Shown: piece after piece, positions 38,185-48,935 of the stretch
Layout: every line of letters begins with the position of its first letter
Position numbering within the stretch: position 1 is the stretch's first letter
Assembly: GCA_050012855.1 (NCBI GenBank)
Contig: JBEKGJ010000001.1
Location: 76,188 to 140,187 of the forward strand
DNA: 64,000 nucleotides
Source: Verrucomicrobiota bacterium
Lineage (GTDB): Bacteria; Verrucomicrobiota; Verrucomicrobiia; Limisphaerales; J093
Direction: 5' to 3'
Program-made: the position numbers and the translations under genes
The notes under the pieces: generated by a model
Told to the model about the DNA's origin: nothing
Database searches by the model: none
What the model saw: only the letters and a program-made list of their open reading frames with translations

Positions 38185-39195
38185 TCAAGGACGACCGGAA
38201 CCACCGGGTTTGGGCGTGTTCCCGGAGCCAGCCGGCACGGCTGGACCCGCCCCGGCGGCCTGGGCGCGGATGAGGGCGTGCCAGCTTCGTTCGAACGCCG
38301 GCAAGCCACCGGGCCAGTGCCCGTTCAGGTAATCCGTAAAGGCCCGATCCAAGGCGTCTCCTTCCTCGGGGTGGTTGGTGTCGAGCCATGTCGTCACCAG
38401 CGTCATGGCGGCAGGCTGGACACACAGGAAGTAGAAGAGCGAATAGCTCATGGTATAGGCCACGGTGCGATCACCGCCGCCCAACTCGTCCCAGGCCGCG
38501 TAGCTCCCCGCGTCCAGGAGACGCTCGAGCGACGGCAGCTTCTGTTGGTCCAGCCAGCGCGCCAGCAGTCCCCAGCGCTGTCCCTCCTCCTGCCGTCTCA
38601 TTTTGAAGCGGCCCGCCGCCGGCGTGCCCAGCAATTCGGCGCTGCCCTCCTTGAACCAGAGCGGGCCCGCCCCCACGAATCCTGCGGTCACGGCATGCGC
38701 CGATTCGTGCAACACCACCGCCATGAAATCGTTTGTCCGCTGCTCCCGCCAGACTTCAACCACCGACTCCGCGGACAGCAGCTTGAACTCCGGGGTCTGC
38801 TGCCAGCGCTGTTGCGAACGCGTGTACCCGGCCATGCTGGCGTCCGACTGCCCAGCAAGCTTCGCCCGGGCCGCGTATTCCGCCCGCGTCCGGCTGATGT
38901 GATAGGTGATCTTGAAATCGGCGGGGAGTGACCGATGGAACAAGGTCTGGTGCGCCTTGATAAGCCGCCCCAGTTCGGCCCACACGATCTGGACTTCGTT
39001 GGTGGGGAGCGGACAGCCGGGTCCTTCGAACCGGATCTCAAACGCCTGGGTCGCGCAGGCCCAGGCGCTCGCCAGGCAGGCGAGCATCCACAGCACGCCG
39101 CGCCGCCAGCCGCGAATTCCACGCCGGCACCGGGGAACTGCCACGCCCGCGCAACCTTGGCCTTCCTTCGCTGTCATCCAGCCAATGTTTGTCAT
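38185..39195 (-). CDS. secreted MA-clan (DUF1570-like) zinc metallopeptidase
   Basis: Signal ...VLWMLACLASAWACATQA. HExxH in AVVLHESAHAVTAG, followed by FKEGSAELL. Confidence 0.65.
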   Translation of the reverse strand: MTNIGWMTAKEGQGCAGVAVPRCRRGIRGWRRGVLWMLACLASAWACATQAFEIRFEGPGCPLPTNEVQIVWAELGRLIKAHQTLFHRSLPADFKITYHISRTRAEYAARAKLAGQSDASMAGYTRSQQRWQQTPEFKLLSAESVVEVWREQRTNDFMAVVLHESAHAVTAGFVGAGPLWFKEGSAELLGTPAAGRFKMRRQEEGQRWGLLARWLDQQKLPSLERLLDAGSYAAWDELGGGDRTVAYTMSYSLFYFLCVQPAAMTLVTTWLDTNHPEEGDALDRAFTDYLNGHWPGGLPAFERSWHALIRAQAAGAGPAVPAGSGNTPKPGGSGRP

Positions 39196-39548
39196 CTGTG
39201 ATTTCGGTTAAGCCCACTCCACCCATCCCCGCGGAGCGCAAAATGAGGCCGGCCCAACTCCGGGGCAATGTCGCCCACTTATGGGAAGATGAACAGGGCT
39301 GGTTGGCCGGCTGGTTGCACTTCGGGCTCTGAGTCGGCACGCGGAAAGGGTCTCGTCTCCCGGTCGCGAGTTGCACCCGCGGCCAAACGTGGCTGTCGCC
39401 GGGCCAAGTGAACGCAAGGTGAAAGCCGGGGTGACGCGCATAGAGGCGGGATCGCACCGGCAACGCCGGTTTCGGCGGGACCGGCAAATCGTCCGCTCGC
39501 CGGCCAATTCGAGGCAGCGGGACCGGCCCCCCACCCAGGCGCGGGCCC

Positions 39549-40733
39549 TCATGCCGACGGCAAAGTAAAACGGAAGGTGGCGCCCTGCCCCGGCGCGCTT
39601 TCGACGCCCACTTCGCCCTCATGGGTCTGGACGATGTGCTTCACGATGGCCAGTCCAAGCCCCGTACCACCCTGCTCGCGCGAGCGCGCCTTGTCCGCGC
39701 GATAGAATCGCTCGAAGAGCCGCTCCTGCGCGGCGGGCGGAATGCCGGCCCCCTCGTTGTGGACCCACAGCGCCACCTGTCGCTCGGCGGCGGGCCCGCC
39801 ACCGATCGTCACCGGCGTGCCGGCGTTGCCGTATTTGATCGCGTTGTCCACCAGGTTGAACAACACCTGTTGCACGCGGTCGGCGTCGGCGCGGGCGACC
39901 AGGCCGGCGGGGATTTGGTTGTCCAGCCTGACCTGCCGGGCGGCGGCGCGCGAAGCGAGATCCTCGACCACCCGCGCGGCGACCGGGCGCAACTCGACCT
40001 CGTGGAGGTTCAACGCCAACTGGCCGGATTCGAGTTGCGAAATGGTCAGCAGGTCCTCGATCAGATAAGTCAGCCGGTCCGTGTGCTTGGCGATGGTCTG
40101 GAGGAAGCGCAGTGACACCGCCGGATCGTCCCGGGCGCCGTCAATCAGGGTTTCGACGTACCCCTTGATCATCGAAAGCGGCGTGCGGAGTTCGTGACTG
40201 ACATTGGCGACAAATTCCTGGCGGGTGTTTTCCAGTTGCTTGAGCCGGGTCAGGTCGTGAAAAACGAGAATCATCCCCTGCCCGCGGCCCTTCGCATCCA
40301 GAATGGCGGCCGCGTTCACCTGCAGGCAACGACGGTCGAGACCAGGCAGGTCGAGCTCATGACCGAGCACCTGGCCCAGGGCCCGGGCGCGACTGACCAG
40401 CTCGTGGAGTTCCTTGAGCCGGACCGCTTCGAGGATCGTGCGGCCGGTTACGTCTTGGTTGACGCCAAAGAGGTGTTCGAAGGTGCGGTTGACGAGCTGG
40501 ATGCGGCCGGTTTCATCGAGCAGGAGCACGCCCTCGACCATGCTGTTGAAGAGGGTTTCGCGCTGGGCGTTCGCCTCGGCATTGGTCCGCGTCAGTTGCT
40601 CACGCAGGGAATCATTTTCGGCGCGTTGGGTCTCGAGGGTGCGCACGGCCTCCCGGCGGCGGGAAGCCTCGCGCCGCCACAGGCCAAAGCCAAGGGCCGC
40701 CGCGGCGAGGGCGACGAACGCGAAGAGGGTCAT
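39549..40733 (-). CDS. sensor histidine kinase (PhoR-like: TM, PAS, HisKA, HATPase_c)
   Basis: H box VSHELRTPL. N/G boxes DNAIKYG, GTGLGLAIVKH. Confidence 0.9.
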   Translation of the reverse strand: MTLFAFVALAAAALGFGLWRREASRRREAVRTLETQRAENDSLREQLTRTNAEANAQRETLFNSMVEGVLLLDETGRIQLVNRTFEHLFGVNQDVTGRTILEAVRLKELHELVSRARALGQVLGHELDLPGLDRRCLQVNAAAILDAKGRGQGMILVFHDLTRLKQLENTRQEFVANVSHELRTPLSMIKGYVETLIDGARDDPAVSLRFLQTIAKHTDRLTYLIEDLLTISQLESGQLALNLHEVELRPVAARVVEDLASRAAARQVRLDNQIPAGLVARADADRVQQVLFNLVDNAIKYGNAGTPVTIGGGPAAERQVALWVHNEGAGIPPAAQERLFERFYRADKARSREQGGTGLGLAIVKHIVQTHEGEVGVESAPGQGATFRFTLPSA

Positions 40734-40756
40734 GAAGCGGGGGCCGGCCGGCGCAC

Positions 40757-41440
<684 letters not shown>

Positions 41441-41556
41441 CCGGGCTTTGGTTATCACGCCCGGATGATGAAGCAGCAACGCCCAAGTTACAAGCGCGTT
41501 ACATTTTGGGTAGTATCCTGATTTGGTGGGGCGAGGCTCCGACGAGCCGGAAGGAA

Positions 41557-41735
41557 GTTCAGAGTTTCAAGTTTCAAGTTTGAAGTGTTCAGCCCCACCA
41601 GAGAATTGCGAATTGCGAATTGCGAATTGCGAGCTTCGAGTGTCGAATTCGTGAGGGTTTGTGAGGTCGGGGGGGAGGTTTGCCGCGACCCTGCTCCGGC
41701 CCCTCAACTCTCAACTCACCACCCTCTCAACCTTC
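41557..41735. repeat. intergenic block with 7-nt periodicity (several heptamer families)
   Basis: AGTTTCA-type units at 41562-41590. (GAATTGC)x4 at 41603-41630, followed by GAGCTTC GAGTGTC GAATTCG. CTCAACT CTCAACT CACCACC CTCTCAA at 41703-41730. Confidence 0.8.
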
Positions 41736-41788
41736 CCGCCGGCTCGCGAGGACGCTCGCCCCACCGGGCAAGGCAAGTTCGGACGCTG

Positions 41789-43672
41789 CTACGTTTTGCC
41801 GGAGGCCGGGCCGACGGCGGACCGGGTCCGAAAACTGGCCCAATACGGGTCGGGCAAGAGGCCCAGGCCGATCAGCGCGAGCTGACTGGCAATGAAGATC
41901 ATCAGCCACACGAATGCCGATTGCATGAAGCCGTAGGAGTGGAGCCCCACGCCGAGCATGTTGACGCCGAACCAGGAGAAGGCGGTCACGATGTTGCCGA
42001 ACAGGGCGAGGTTCATCAGGCCCCGCTCGCGCACGAGCCCACCCCAGCGCGCGTGCAGGATCACCGCGTTCCAGAGCACGATCAGGAGCGCGCCGTTCTC
42101 CTTGGGATCCCAGCCCCAGAAGCGGCCCCAGGACTGGTCGGCCCAAATGCCGCCCAGAATCGTGCCGACAAAGCTGAACAGCGTCGCGAAACAGACAATG
42201 CCATAAACCATCCGCGCCAGTGAGCGCGCCGTCGTCGCGCTCAACGACCGCGTGAAGAAGCCACGCACGACGTAGAGCGCCGCGAGAAAGCCGGCGACGA
42301 ACATGGCCGAATAGCCCAGCGTTACGGTGAGCACGTGCGTGGTAAGCCAGAAGTTGCTGTCCAAGACGGCCCGCATCATCTCCATGGTGTCGCCGTCGAA
42401 GGCCAGGTTGTGCGCGATGATCTGCGTGACAAAACCGACCGCGGAAGCCATCACCAGGCCGATGCCGTCGCGGTAGAACCGCTCGAGCAACAACCCGAGG
42501 ATCACCGCGCCCCAGCCAACGAAGACCGCGGAAGAATAGAGGTTCGTCACCGGCGGGCGGCCCTGGAGGATCACGCGGAAGGCCAGGCCGGCGGTGTGCA
42601 GCAGAAACGCCAGGAACAGGAGCCAGAACGCAGTCCGGTTCAACAGCCGGAACGCGCCAAACCACGAGGCCCAGCCGAGCAGGAAGACCACGAGATACAG
42701 CGTCGTGCTCTTGATGAATGGCTGCCAGTAGTTGAAAACAAATTCGCAGCGACCCTGCCGCAGTTCGGTCCCGAACCCGCCAGCGAGCGAGCCTTGGTAC
42801 TCGGCCGCCGCCCGGTTGAATTCGGCCGGTTGGTTCTGCCGGTACGCAGTGACCATGGCCGCATAGCTCAGGGCGGCGGGTGGCACCTGGCCGGTCTGGA
42901 GCCCCGCGAGCAGGGCGGTTCCAATGTTCGACCAATCATCCCGGCGCATCTCCGGATGGGTGGGTGGAATGATGAGCGGATAGGCCTCCTCGGCCAGCGC
43001 CTGGAAGCGTTGGACCCACTCGGCCAGATGGCGCATGGCGGCTTCATCGAAGGGCTTGCCCTGTTCACGCGCGGTGGAGGCCGCCAAACCGGGTCCCAAC
43101 GCCTGCTGATAGGCCAGTAGTTCCGCGCGGAAATCATCCGTGCCCTCGGGACGGAAGCTGTTCTTGAGACGCTGGTAGATGATCAGCCCGCTGCCGAGCT
43201 TGAGCACCGCTTTCTCGAAGGTGCTCCGGTTAGGGGGCTCGATGTTTTCGGCGCGCCGGGCCTGCTTGTCAACCTCCGCCAGTTGCGGCTCGAGTTCGGC
43301 ATACGACATGTAGGGCGTGCCCTCCGGCGGCAGGCGCAGCAGCCCGCGCAGTTCCGGATGGTCCACCCGGAAGATGCGGAGCTGGTCGGCCTGCTCGGGC
43401 TTCATTGCGAGCGCCAGCAGCCAGTCGGTGGCGGACAGGCTGCCGCCGTTGGTTAGGGCGACCGACTGCCGGCCGCGGAGGACGAGCAGCGAATTGCGGG
43501 CCACGGAATCGATCGGCTGCACGCGCCCGTTCAAAAGCACCGGCAGGCGGCCGAAGGCGGCGGTGTCGAACGCGCTCCGGGCCGGCGGCGGCCGCAGTCC
43601 GGCCAGGACCCACGCCGCGGCGAGCGCCACCACCAGCCCGGCCACCCAGGGGGTCGTCAACAGTTTTTTCAT
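41789..43672 (-). CDS. ccsA: cytochrome c biogenesis protein CcsA/ResC (system II), long form
   Basis: C-terminal WGRFWGWDPKENGALL (WWD motif) and multiple TM helices. 627 aa with a large N-terminal extracytoplasmic region. Confidence 0.85.
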   Translation of the reverse strand: MKKLLTTPWVAGLVVALAAAWVLAGLRPPPARSAFDTAAFGRLPVLLNGRVQPIDSVARNSLLVLRGRQSVALTNGGSLSATDWLLALAMKPEQADQLRIFRVDHPELRGLLRLPPEGTPYMSYAELEPQLAEVDKQARRAENIEPPNRSTFEKAVLKLGSGLIIYQRLKNSFRPEGTDDFRAELLAYQQALGPGLAASTAREQGKPFDEAAMRHLAEWVQRFQALAEEAYPLIIPPTHPEMRRDDWSNIGTALLAGLQTGQVPPAALSYAAMVTAYRQNQPAEFNRAAAEYQGSLAGGFGTELRQGRCEFVFNYWQPFIKSTTLYLVVFLLGWASWFGAFRLLNRTAFWLLFLAFLLHTAGLAFRVILQGRPPVTNLYSSAVFVGWGAVILGLLLERFYRDGIGLVMASAVGFVTQIIAHNLAFDGDTMEMMRAVLDSNFWLTTHVLTVTLGYSAMFVAGFLAALYVVRGFFTRSLSATTARSLARMVYGIVCFATLFSFVGTILGGIWADQSWGRFWGWDPKENGALLIVLWNAVILHARWGGLVRERGLMNLALFGNIVTAFSWFGVNMLGVGLHSYGFMQSAFVWLMIFIASQLALIGLGLLPDPYWASFRTRSAVGPASGKT

Positions 43673-43732
43673 GGTCCAACGTGCCTGCGCCCGCAGTCTT
43701 TGGCAACAGGCGACCTCATAATCATCATCACG

Positions 43733-44890
43733 TTATGCAGCGGGTTTCCTGCGTTTCACAAAACCGACCAGATGGATGAGGAACTGGACCAGCAGCCCGG
43801 CAAAGATGAGGGCACAGGAAAAATACGGGGTCAGCCAGCCGGGGTTGCGGACGACCTGGAGCACGGAGGCGCGCTCCGGCGACTCGGCCATCATCTGGTA
43901 TTGGTAAAAAGTGAGGCCGCCGTAGCGGAGCGGATTGTTCATGCGGATCAAAACCTCGCGGTCCTCGCGGGTGTCGGGCCGCCGCAGTCGCACCCGGCTG
44001 GAGAAGTTTTTCGGAATGTCCGTCCCCGGATAAATGTCGTGTCGCGCTTCGAGGAGGGTCAGGCTGAAATTCTGTTCGTGACGCGCCGGTCGCAGGCCGA
44101 GGGTGTATTGGCGGTTGCCGGCGGTGAAGGATTGGGGCGCACCCAGCAGCGTCGAAACCAGCCAGGTGCCCAGCGAAGCCCCCGGACCGGTCAGCTCGAT
44201 GACCGCGCTGGGATGGTTCCGGTCATCCGTGCCGGTGGCCGGCGGCCGGGGCAAAAGATGCAGGCCATTGCCGAAACCCTGGTTGACCGAGATGGGCAGT
44301 GATCCCATGACTGCGTTGGTGAACAGGTTGCTGTTCGGCCAGGCGGCTTTCACCCGCAGCGTGAACGGCATCCCCGGCAACGGGACCTCCCGACCGGGAA
44401 CCAAAAACCTCTCGGGGATGGCAGTGACCTGGTCGCTGGCGGGATCGGTGGTGTCGGTGATCGCCAGCTCATTGAAGCGCATGTCCTCGGAGTAGTTCTT
44501 GGTTTCACCGGTGGCCAGGCGCATGGTGCTTTCGACTTGGAGGAGGTCGGTAGCAAGCTGACCGAGCAGGAGGAGGATCAGCCCCGAGTGGATCATCAAC
44601 AGGCCGCTCTTGTTCCAACGCAAGCCGAAGCGCTTGAAGTGAGCGATCAGCAGGTTGACCACCAGCACACCGCCGATGAGATAACCACCGGGCAGCACGG
44701 GCACACGCAGCCCGGTACCGGGCACGGTCCAGCGGACGAACAAGCTGCGAAAGTAATTCGCCTGGACGGCATAGATGCCCTGGTCCACCTGGGCCATGGT
44801 ACCGACGAACACCAGCAGGAGGGCGAAGACCAGGCAGACCACCGTCAGCCGCAGCGACGCGAGGAACCGGACGGTGCGATCAAGGAGCAT
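43733..44890 (-). CDS. resB: cytochrome c biogenesis protein ResB/Ccs1
   Basis: N-terminal FLASLRLTVVCLVFALLLVFVGTMAQ, a central soluble domain and a C-terminal TM helix. Adjacent to ccsA. Confidence 0.8.
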   Translation of the reverse strand: MLLDRTVRFLASLRLTVVCLVFALLLVFVGTMAQVDQGIYAVQANYFRSLFVRWTVPGTGLRVPVLPGGYLIGGVLVVNLLIAHFKRFGLRWNKSGLLMIHSGLILLLLGQLATDLLQVESTMRLATGETKNYSEDMRFNELAITDTTDPASDQVTAIPERFLVPGREVPLPGMPFTLRVKAAWPNSNLFTNAVMGSLPISVNQGFGNGLHLLPRPPATGTDDRNHPSAVIELTGPGASLGTWLVSTLLGAPQSFTAGNRQYTLGLRPARHEQNFSLTLLEARHDIYPGTDIPKNFSSRVRLRRPDTREDREVLIRMNNPLRYGGLTFYQYQMMAESPERASVLQVVRNPGWLTPYFSCALIFAGLLVQFLIHLVGFVKRRKPAA

Positions 44891-45962
44891 ATTTCACGCT
44901 TTGAACGAACTGGACGAAGGCCTCTTTCGCACGGCCCACCGCCGCCTCGCCGCCGGTGAGCTTGTAGAACCAGGTGCCGCCGCCGCGCCCGACAAAGGCC
45001 GCCACCAGCCGGTTTTCTTTCTCCGGGTTGGCCACGTCCACGAGGAAGGAGCCGGCGTCCGCGCCGGGCAGCGGGGTGAGCAGTTTCGCCAGCTCGGCCT
45101 CCGTCACCGGGGGTAGCCCGATCTGGCCACGCCAGCGGTTCACATTGGGCAGCGGCCCGCCCCCGGTCCCCGGCAGCGTGACCACGGTGATTTCCGCGGG
45201 TCCGTCCGCGCCCGCGGCGAGGAACTTGGCCAGTTGCATCGGGCCGGGTGTCGTCTCCTGCCATCCCGCCGGCACGGTCCAGGATGGTCTGGCCGCCGAG
45301 GTGGCCGGACTCATCACCGGACCGGGAACTGCCGGGACCGGACCAGCGACCGCCGGCGCGGCCGGGGCCGCCGCCGCTGCGAAGACGATGTCCTTCAGGA
45401 AGGCAACGAAAGCCGGTTTTTGGGCGGCCACGAGCTTGTCGTCCCCGGTCATCTTGAAAAACCAGGCGGTGTCGCCGCGATGCAAGATGGCCGCGAGCAG
45501 GCGCGTCGGCTTGCCCGCACCAGGCGATGTGCCAACGAAATCAAAAAGCCGGGCGGGGCTGCCGGCAATCGCCACCGCCTCGGCAATCTTGTCCATCGGC
45601 TCGTGATCCAGCGGCGGGAGACCGACCTGGCCGCGCCAGCGGTTGGCGTTCTCGAAGTCGCCCCCGCCGGTGCCGGCCAGGGGAATGATGCTGACCTCGG
45701 CGCGTTCGCCGGCATCGCCGGCGATTGCGAAGGAGCCGACGCGCATGGATCCCGGTGGCAGTTCCTGCCAGCCGGCGGGCAGCCGCCAATGCGGGGTGCC
45801 CGGGCCAGCGGCATCCTCGGGCGCCATCACCGGCGCGTCACCCGCGTTCTTCGCGGCACGGTAAGAGCGGACCTCGCTGCGGTCGCACCCGGTCCATGCC
45901 AGCAGCGCAACCACCGCGGCCAGGGACGCCGCCGGAAGCCGTCTATGTTGATAAGAAAACAC
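44880..45962 (-). CDS. lipoprotein with two tandem homologous domains (unknown function)
   Basis: GTG start. Lipobox LLAWTGC. Repeats PHWRLPAGWQELPPGSMRVGSF...NANRWRGQVGLPPL and PSWTVPAGWQETTPGPMQLAKF...NVNRWRGQIGLPPV. Confidence 0.6.
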   Translation of the reverse strand: MFSYQHRRLPAASLAAVVALLAWTGCDRSEVRSYRAAKNAGDAPVMAPEDAAGPGTPHWRLPAGWQELPPGSMRVGSFAIAGDAGERAEVSIIPLAGTGGGDFENANRWRGQVGLPPLDHEPMDKIAEAVAIAGSPARLFDFVGTSPGAGKPTRLLAAILHRGDTAWFFKMTGDDKLVAAQKPAFVAFLKDIVFAAAAAPAAPAVAGPVPAVPGPVMSPATSAARPSWTVPAGWQETTPGPMQLAKFLAAGADGPAEITVVTLPGTGGGPLPNVNRWRGQIGLPPVTEAELAKLLTPLPGADAGSFLVDVANPEKENRLVAAFVGRGGGTWFYKLTGGEAAVGRAKEAFVQFVQSVKYAP

Positions 45963-46101
45963 CGCTTACGATTAGGTCATCAACCGGATTTTGGCAACTC
46001 ATTGTGCAAGCGCGGTGGGGAGGAGTTCCGCCGCGGGGCATCACGCGGATGCCCTTTCCGTTTGCTAAAAGGGGCGTTCTTTGGCAATTACTTCCGCCGA
46101 T

Positions 46102-47775
46102 ATGAGATTATTGGTCCCCGTCGGTCTGGTCGCCGCCCTTGTCGTGGGCAGCCAGGTCTGGCAGTCCGCTGCGGCTCCGACGACCGCGTCTGCCCCGGTG
46201 CCGTTGTTGTCCTGGCACTTCGCCGGCACACAAGCGCTGGAAGGAGGTACGAACGGCCTGGCGCTGCGGGAAATCCTGGCCCAGACCTCAACCCGGCAGG
46301 TGATTGAAGCAAGTGTGGAGCGCCTGGCGAGGACGCCAGACCGGCTGTTTGCCGCCGAACTGCGGACCAGCCATCCCGTCCCCGCCACCCTGATTCGCCC
46401 GCTGCTCGACGATGCGATGCGCAGCGAATCGTGGGGGGCATTGCGCGGCGCGGGCAATCGGGTGACGGAACTGACGCTGGCGGCGCGGCTGGATGAGACG
46501 GCTTCGGCTCGCTGGGAGAAGAACTGGCAGGCGGCGGTGGCTGCCTTTGGCGCCCCCAAACCCGTCGCCCTCCGCGGCAAGCCGGGCACCGGCTGGGAAG
46601 CGCGATGGGCCGGCGGTTCCACAGTGTCCCGCTTTTTCCGCGATGGCAAGGAGAGCTTCATCAGCCTGGGCCGGGCACCGCTGCAAACGGACACGGCGGT
46701 CGTCAATCGAGTCCGATCAGAAGCCCGTGGGGGCAAGGACTGGCTGACGGTCGAAGCGAACCTGGCGGGACTGGCGGGCCTCTTGAACGTGGCCGCAACA
46801 CCCGACTGGCCGCAGGTTCGGCTGAGTGTCGCCGGCAAGGGACCGCATCTGCGTTCGCAGGCACAGTTTACATTCCCGGCACCGCTGAATCTGAAGCTCG
46901 ATCCGTGGCGGGTGCCGACGAACACGATTTCGGACCCGATTGTCAGCTTCACGGCGGCGCGCGGATTGCAGGGCTGGCTGGCGGCGAGGCCCGAGATCCA
47001 GCGGCTGGGTGCACCGGCACCGAACCAGGCCTTCGGCTGGGCCCTGGCCCAAATCCCATTTGCCACGTTCTTCGCCTGGCCCTGGCCCGGGGCAAGCAAC
47101 CAGCTCCCAGCCCTGGCCACCCATCTGCCGGCGGTGGCCACGAACTGGTTCCCGCATGCCAACGCCGGTCAGATCACCTACGAAACGAATCTCCACCGCG
47201 CCGCGTGGCTAAGGCTGCCGATCATCGTGCCGTTTATCACCCCGGCCGACCCGCCCGAGGAGGATTTTGTGCTGGCGGGGGTGTTTCCGATCGCAGCACG
47301 TCACCGGCCGGTGCCGCCGGAACTGATCACCCAACTGGCGGCGCCCGCCAGTCTGGTTTACTACGACTGGGAGATCACCGAGGAGCGATTGGCTGGCTGG
47401 CGAAATCTGGCGGCGATCTACGGGATGTTGTCAGGCTATGAACCGCCGCCAACCAACAGTCCGGCGCTGCTCTGGCTGGCGGACACGAATGTGACCCGTT
47501 TTCTGGGCAACTCGGTCACCACGGTGTCCGTGGTTTCGCCCAAGGAGTTGCTCGCGACCCGCACGTCCTCCGCCGGTCTGACCGGCTTCGAGCTCACGCT
47601 GCTCCGCCGGTGGCTGGACGATCCGGAGTTTCCGAAGTTGAGCGAACCGCCTTCGGTCTTTGCCCGTCACCGTCGGAGCCGTCCGCCGGGCGCGACTCCG
47701 CCCGCGGTGCAAGCTCCCCCAGCAGCGATCCGGGCGGCCCCGCCGCGAGTGACTCCCAAACCGACCGCCCCGTAA
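46102..47775 (+). CDS. hypothetical secreted protein
   Basis: ATG at 46102 ([25 protein letters not shown] signal). Long ORF with coding-like composition and no motif recognised. Confidence 0.6.
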   Translation: MRLLVPVGLVAALVVGSQVWQSAAAPTTASAPVPLLSWHFAGTQALEGGTNGLALREILAQTSTRQVIEASVERLARTPDRLFAAELRTSHPVPATLIRPLLDDAMRSESWGALRGAGNRVTELTLAARLDETASARWEKNWQAAVAAFGAPKPVALRGKPGTGWEARWAGGSTVSRFFRDGKESFISLGRAPLQTDTAVVNRVRSEARGGKDWLTVEANLAGLAGLLNVAATPDWPQVRLSVAGKGPHLRSQAQFTFPAPLNLKLDPWRVPTNTISDPIVSFTAARGLQGWLAARPEIQRLGAPAPNQAFGWALAQIPFATFFAWPWPGASNQLPALATHLPAVATNWFPHANAGQITYETNLHRAAWLRLPIIVPFITPADPPEEDFVLAGVFPIAARHRPVPPELITQLAAPASLVYYDWEITEERLAGWRNLAAIYGMLSGYEPPPTNSPALLWLADTNVTRFLGNSVTTVSVVSPKELLATRTSSAGLTGFELTLLRRWLDDPEFPKLSEPPSVFARHRRSRPPGATPPAVQAPPAAIRAAPPRVTPKPTAP

Positions 47776-47782
47776 TCCGCTT

Positions 47783-48532
47783 ATGCTGAAACTGGGTGTG
47801 AACATTGACCACGTGGCCACGCTCCGTGAGGCCCGCTACCGCGGCCGCGGCTTCGGTGAACCGGACCCGGTTGAAGCGGCCCGGATTTGCGAGGCGGCCG
47901 GCGCGCACGGCATCACCGCGCACCTCCGTGAGGACCGTCGCCACATTCAGGACCGCGACATCCACAAGCTGCGGGAGATCGTCACCACCCGCCTCAATTT
48001 GGAGATGGCGAACGTGCCTGAAATTGTGGCCATGGCGCTGGCGCTCAAGCCGGACATCGTCTGCATGGTGCCGGAACGACGGCAGGAGGTGACGACCGAA
48101 GGCGGCCTCGAGGTGGCCGCCAGCCTGGCGGCGCTCACCGCCACCCGCCAGCGGCTCAACGACGCCGGCATCGAGGTCAGTTTCTTCATCGCGCCGGACG
48201 CGGCCCAGGTGGCGGCGGCTGCGAAAGCCGGCCCGCAGTTCATCGAATTGCATACCGGGGCGTTCGCGGAGCACTTTTCCGAGCCCGCCCAGCGCGAGGC
48301 CGAGCTGCGACGGTTGGCGGCCGCCGCGCGCCAGGCCCATGATCTGGGGTTGCGCGTCAACGCCGGGCACGGGCTCAATTACACGAACCTGACGTTTCTC
48401 CGGCGCGTGCCGCATCTGGTCGAGTTGAACATCGGCCACAGCATCATCAGCCGCGCGGTAAGCGCCGGTCTGCCCGCCGCCGTCCGCGAGATGCTCGCCC
48501 TGCTGCAGCAATATCCCGCAGGAGACTCGTGA
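47783..48532 (+). CDS. pdxJ: pyridoxine 5'-phosphate synthase
   Basis: [18 protein letters not shown]...[16 protein letters not shown]...HAGHGLNY. Confidence 0.95.
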   Translation: MLKLGVNIDHVATLREARYRGRGFGEPDPVEAARICEAAGAHGITAHLREDRRHIQDRDIHKLREIVTTRLNLEMANVPEIVAMALALKPDIVCMVPERRQEVTTEGGLEVAASLAALTATRQRLNDAGIEVSFFIAPDAAQVAAAAKAGPQFIELHTGAFAEHFSEPAQREAELRRLAAAARQAHDLGLRVNAGHGLNYTNLTFLRRVPHLVELNIGHSIISRAVSAGLPAAVREMLALLQQYPAGDS

Positions 48533-48912
48533 TTCTGGGCCTCGGCATTGACCTGATCGAAGTCGAACGGATCCGCGCTTCGCACGAACGGTTTGGGGAA
48601 CGTTTCCTGAACCGGATTCTGCGGCCGGATGAAATCGCCTACTGCCTTGCCTTCAACCAGCCGGCCCCGCACCTGGCGGCACGGTTTGCGGCCAAGGAGG
48701 CGATCTCGAAAGCGTTTGGCACCGGGATTGGCGCCGAAATTGGCTGGCTCGACCTGGAAGTGGGCCGGCATGAGTCAGGTCAGCCGTATGTGATCCTCCA
48801 TGACCGGGGGCGGGATCTGCTGGCGCAGCGTGGCGGCGGGCAAATCCACCTCAGCCTCAGCCACACGCTCCAGCACGCCTGCGCGGTGGCCGTGATCGAA
48901 GCCGGCGGCTGA
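48529..48912 (+). CDS. acpS: holo-[acyl-carrier-protein] synthase
   Basis: GTG start overlapping the pdxJ stop. [14 protein letters not shown]...[10 protein letters not shown]...SLSH. Confidence 0.9.
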   Translation: MILGLGIDLIEVERIRASHERFGERFLNRILRPDEIAYCLAFNQPAPHLAARFAAKEAISKAFGTGIGAEIGWLDLEVGRHESGQPYVILHDRGRDLLAQRGGGQIHLSLSHTLQHACAVAVIEAGG

Positions 48913-48935
48913 GCCCTCCGCGAAGGTGCGGCCGC

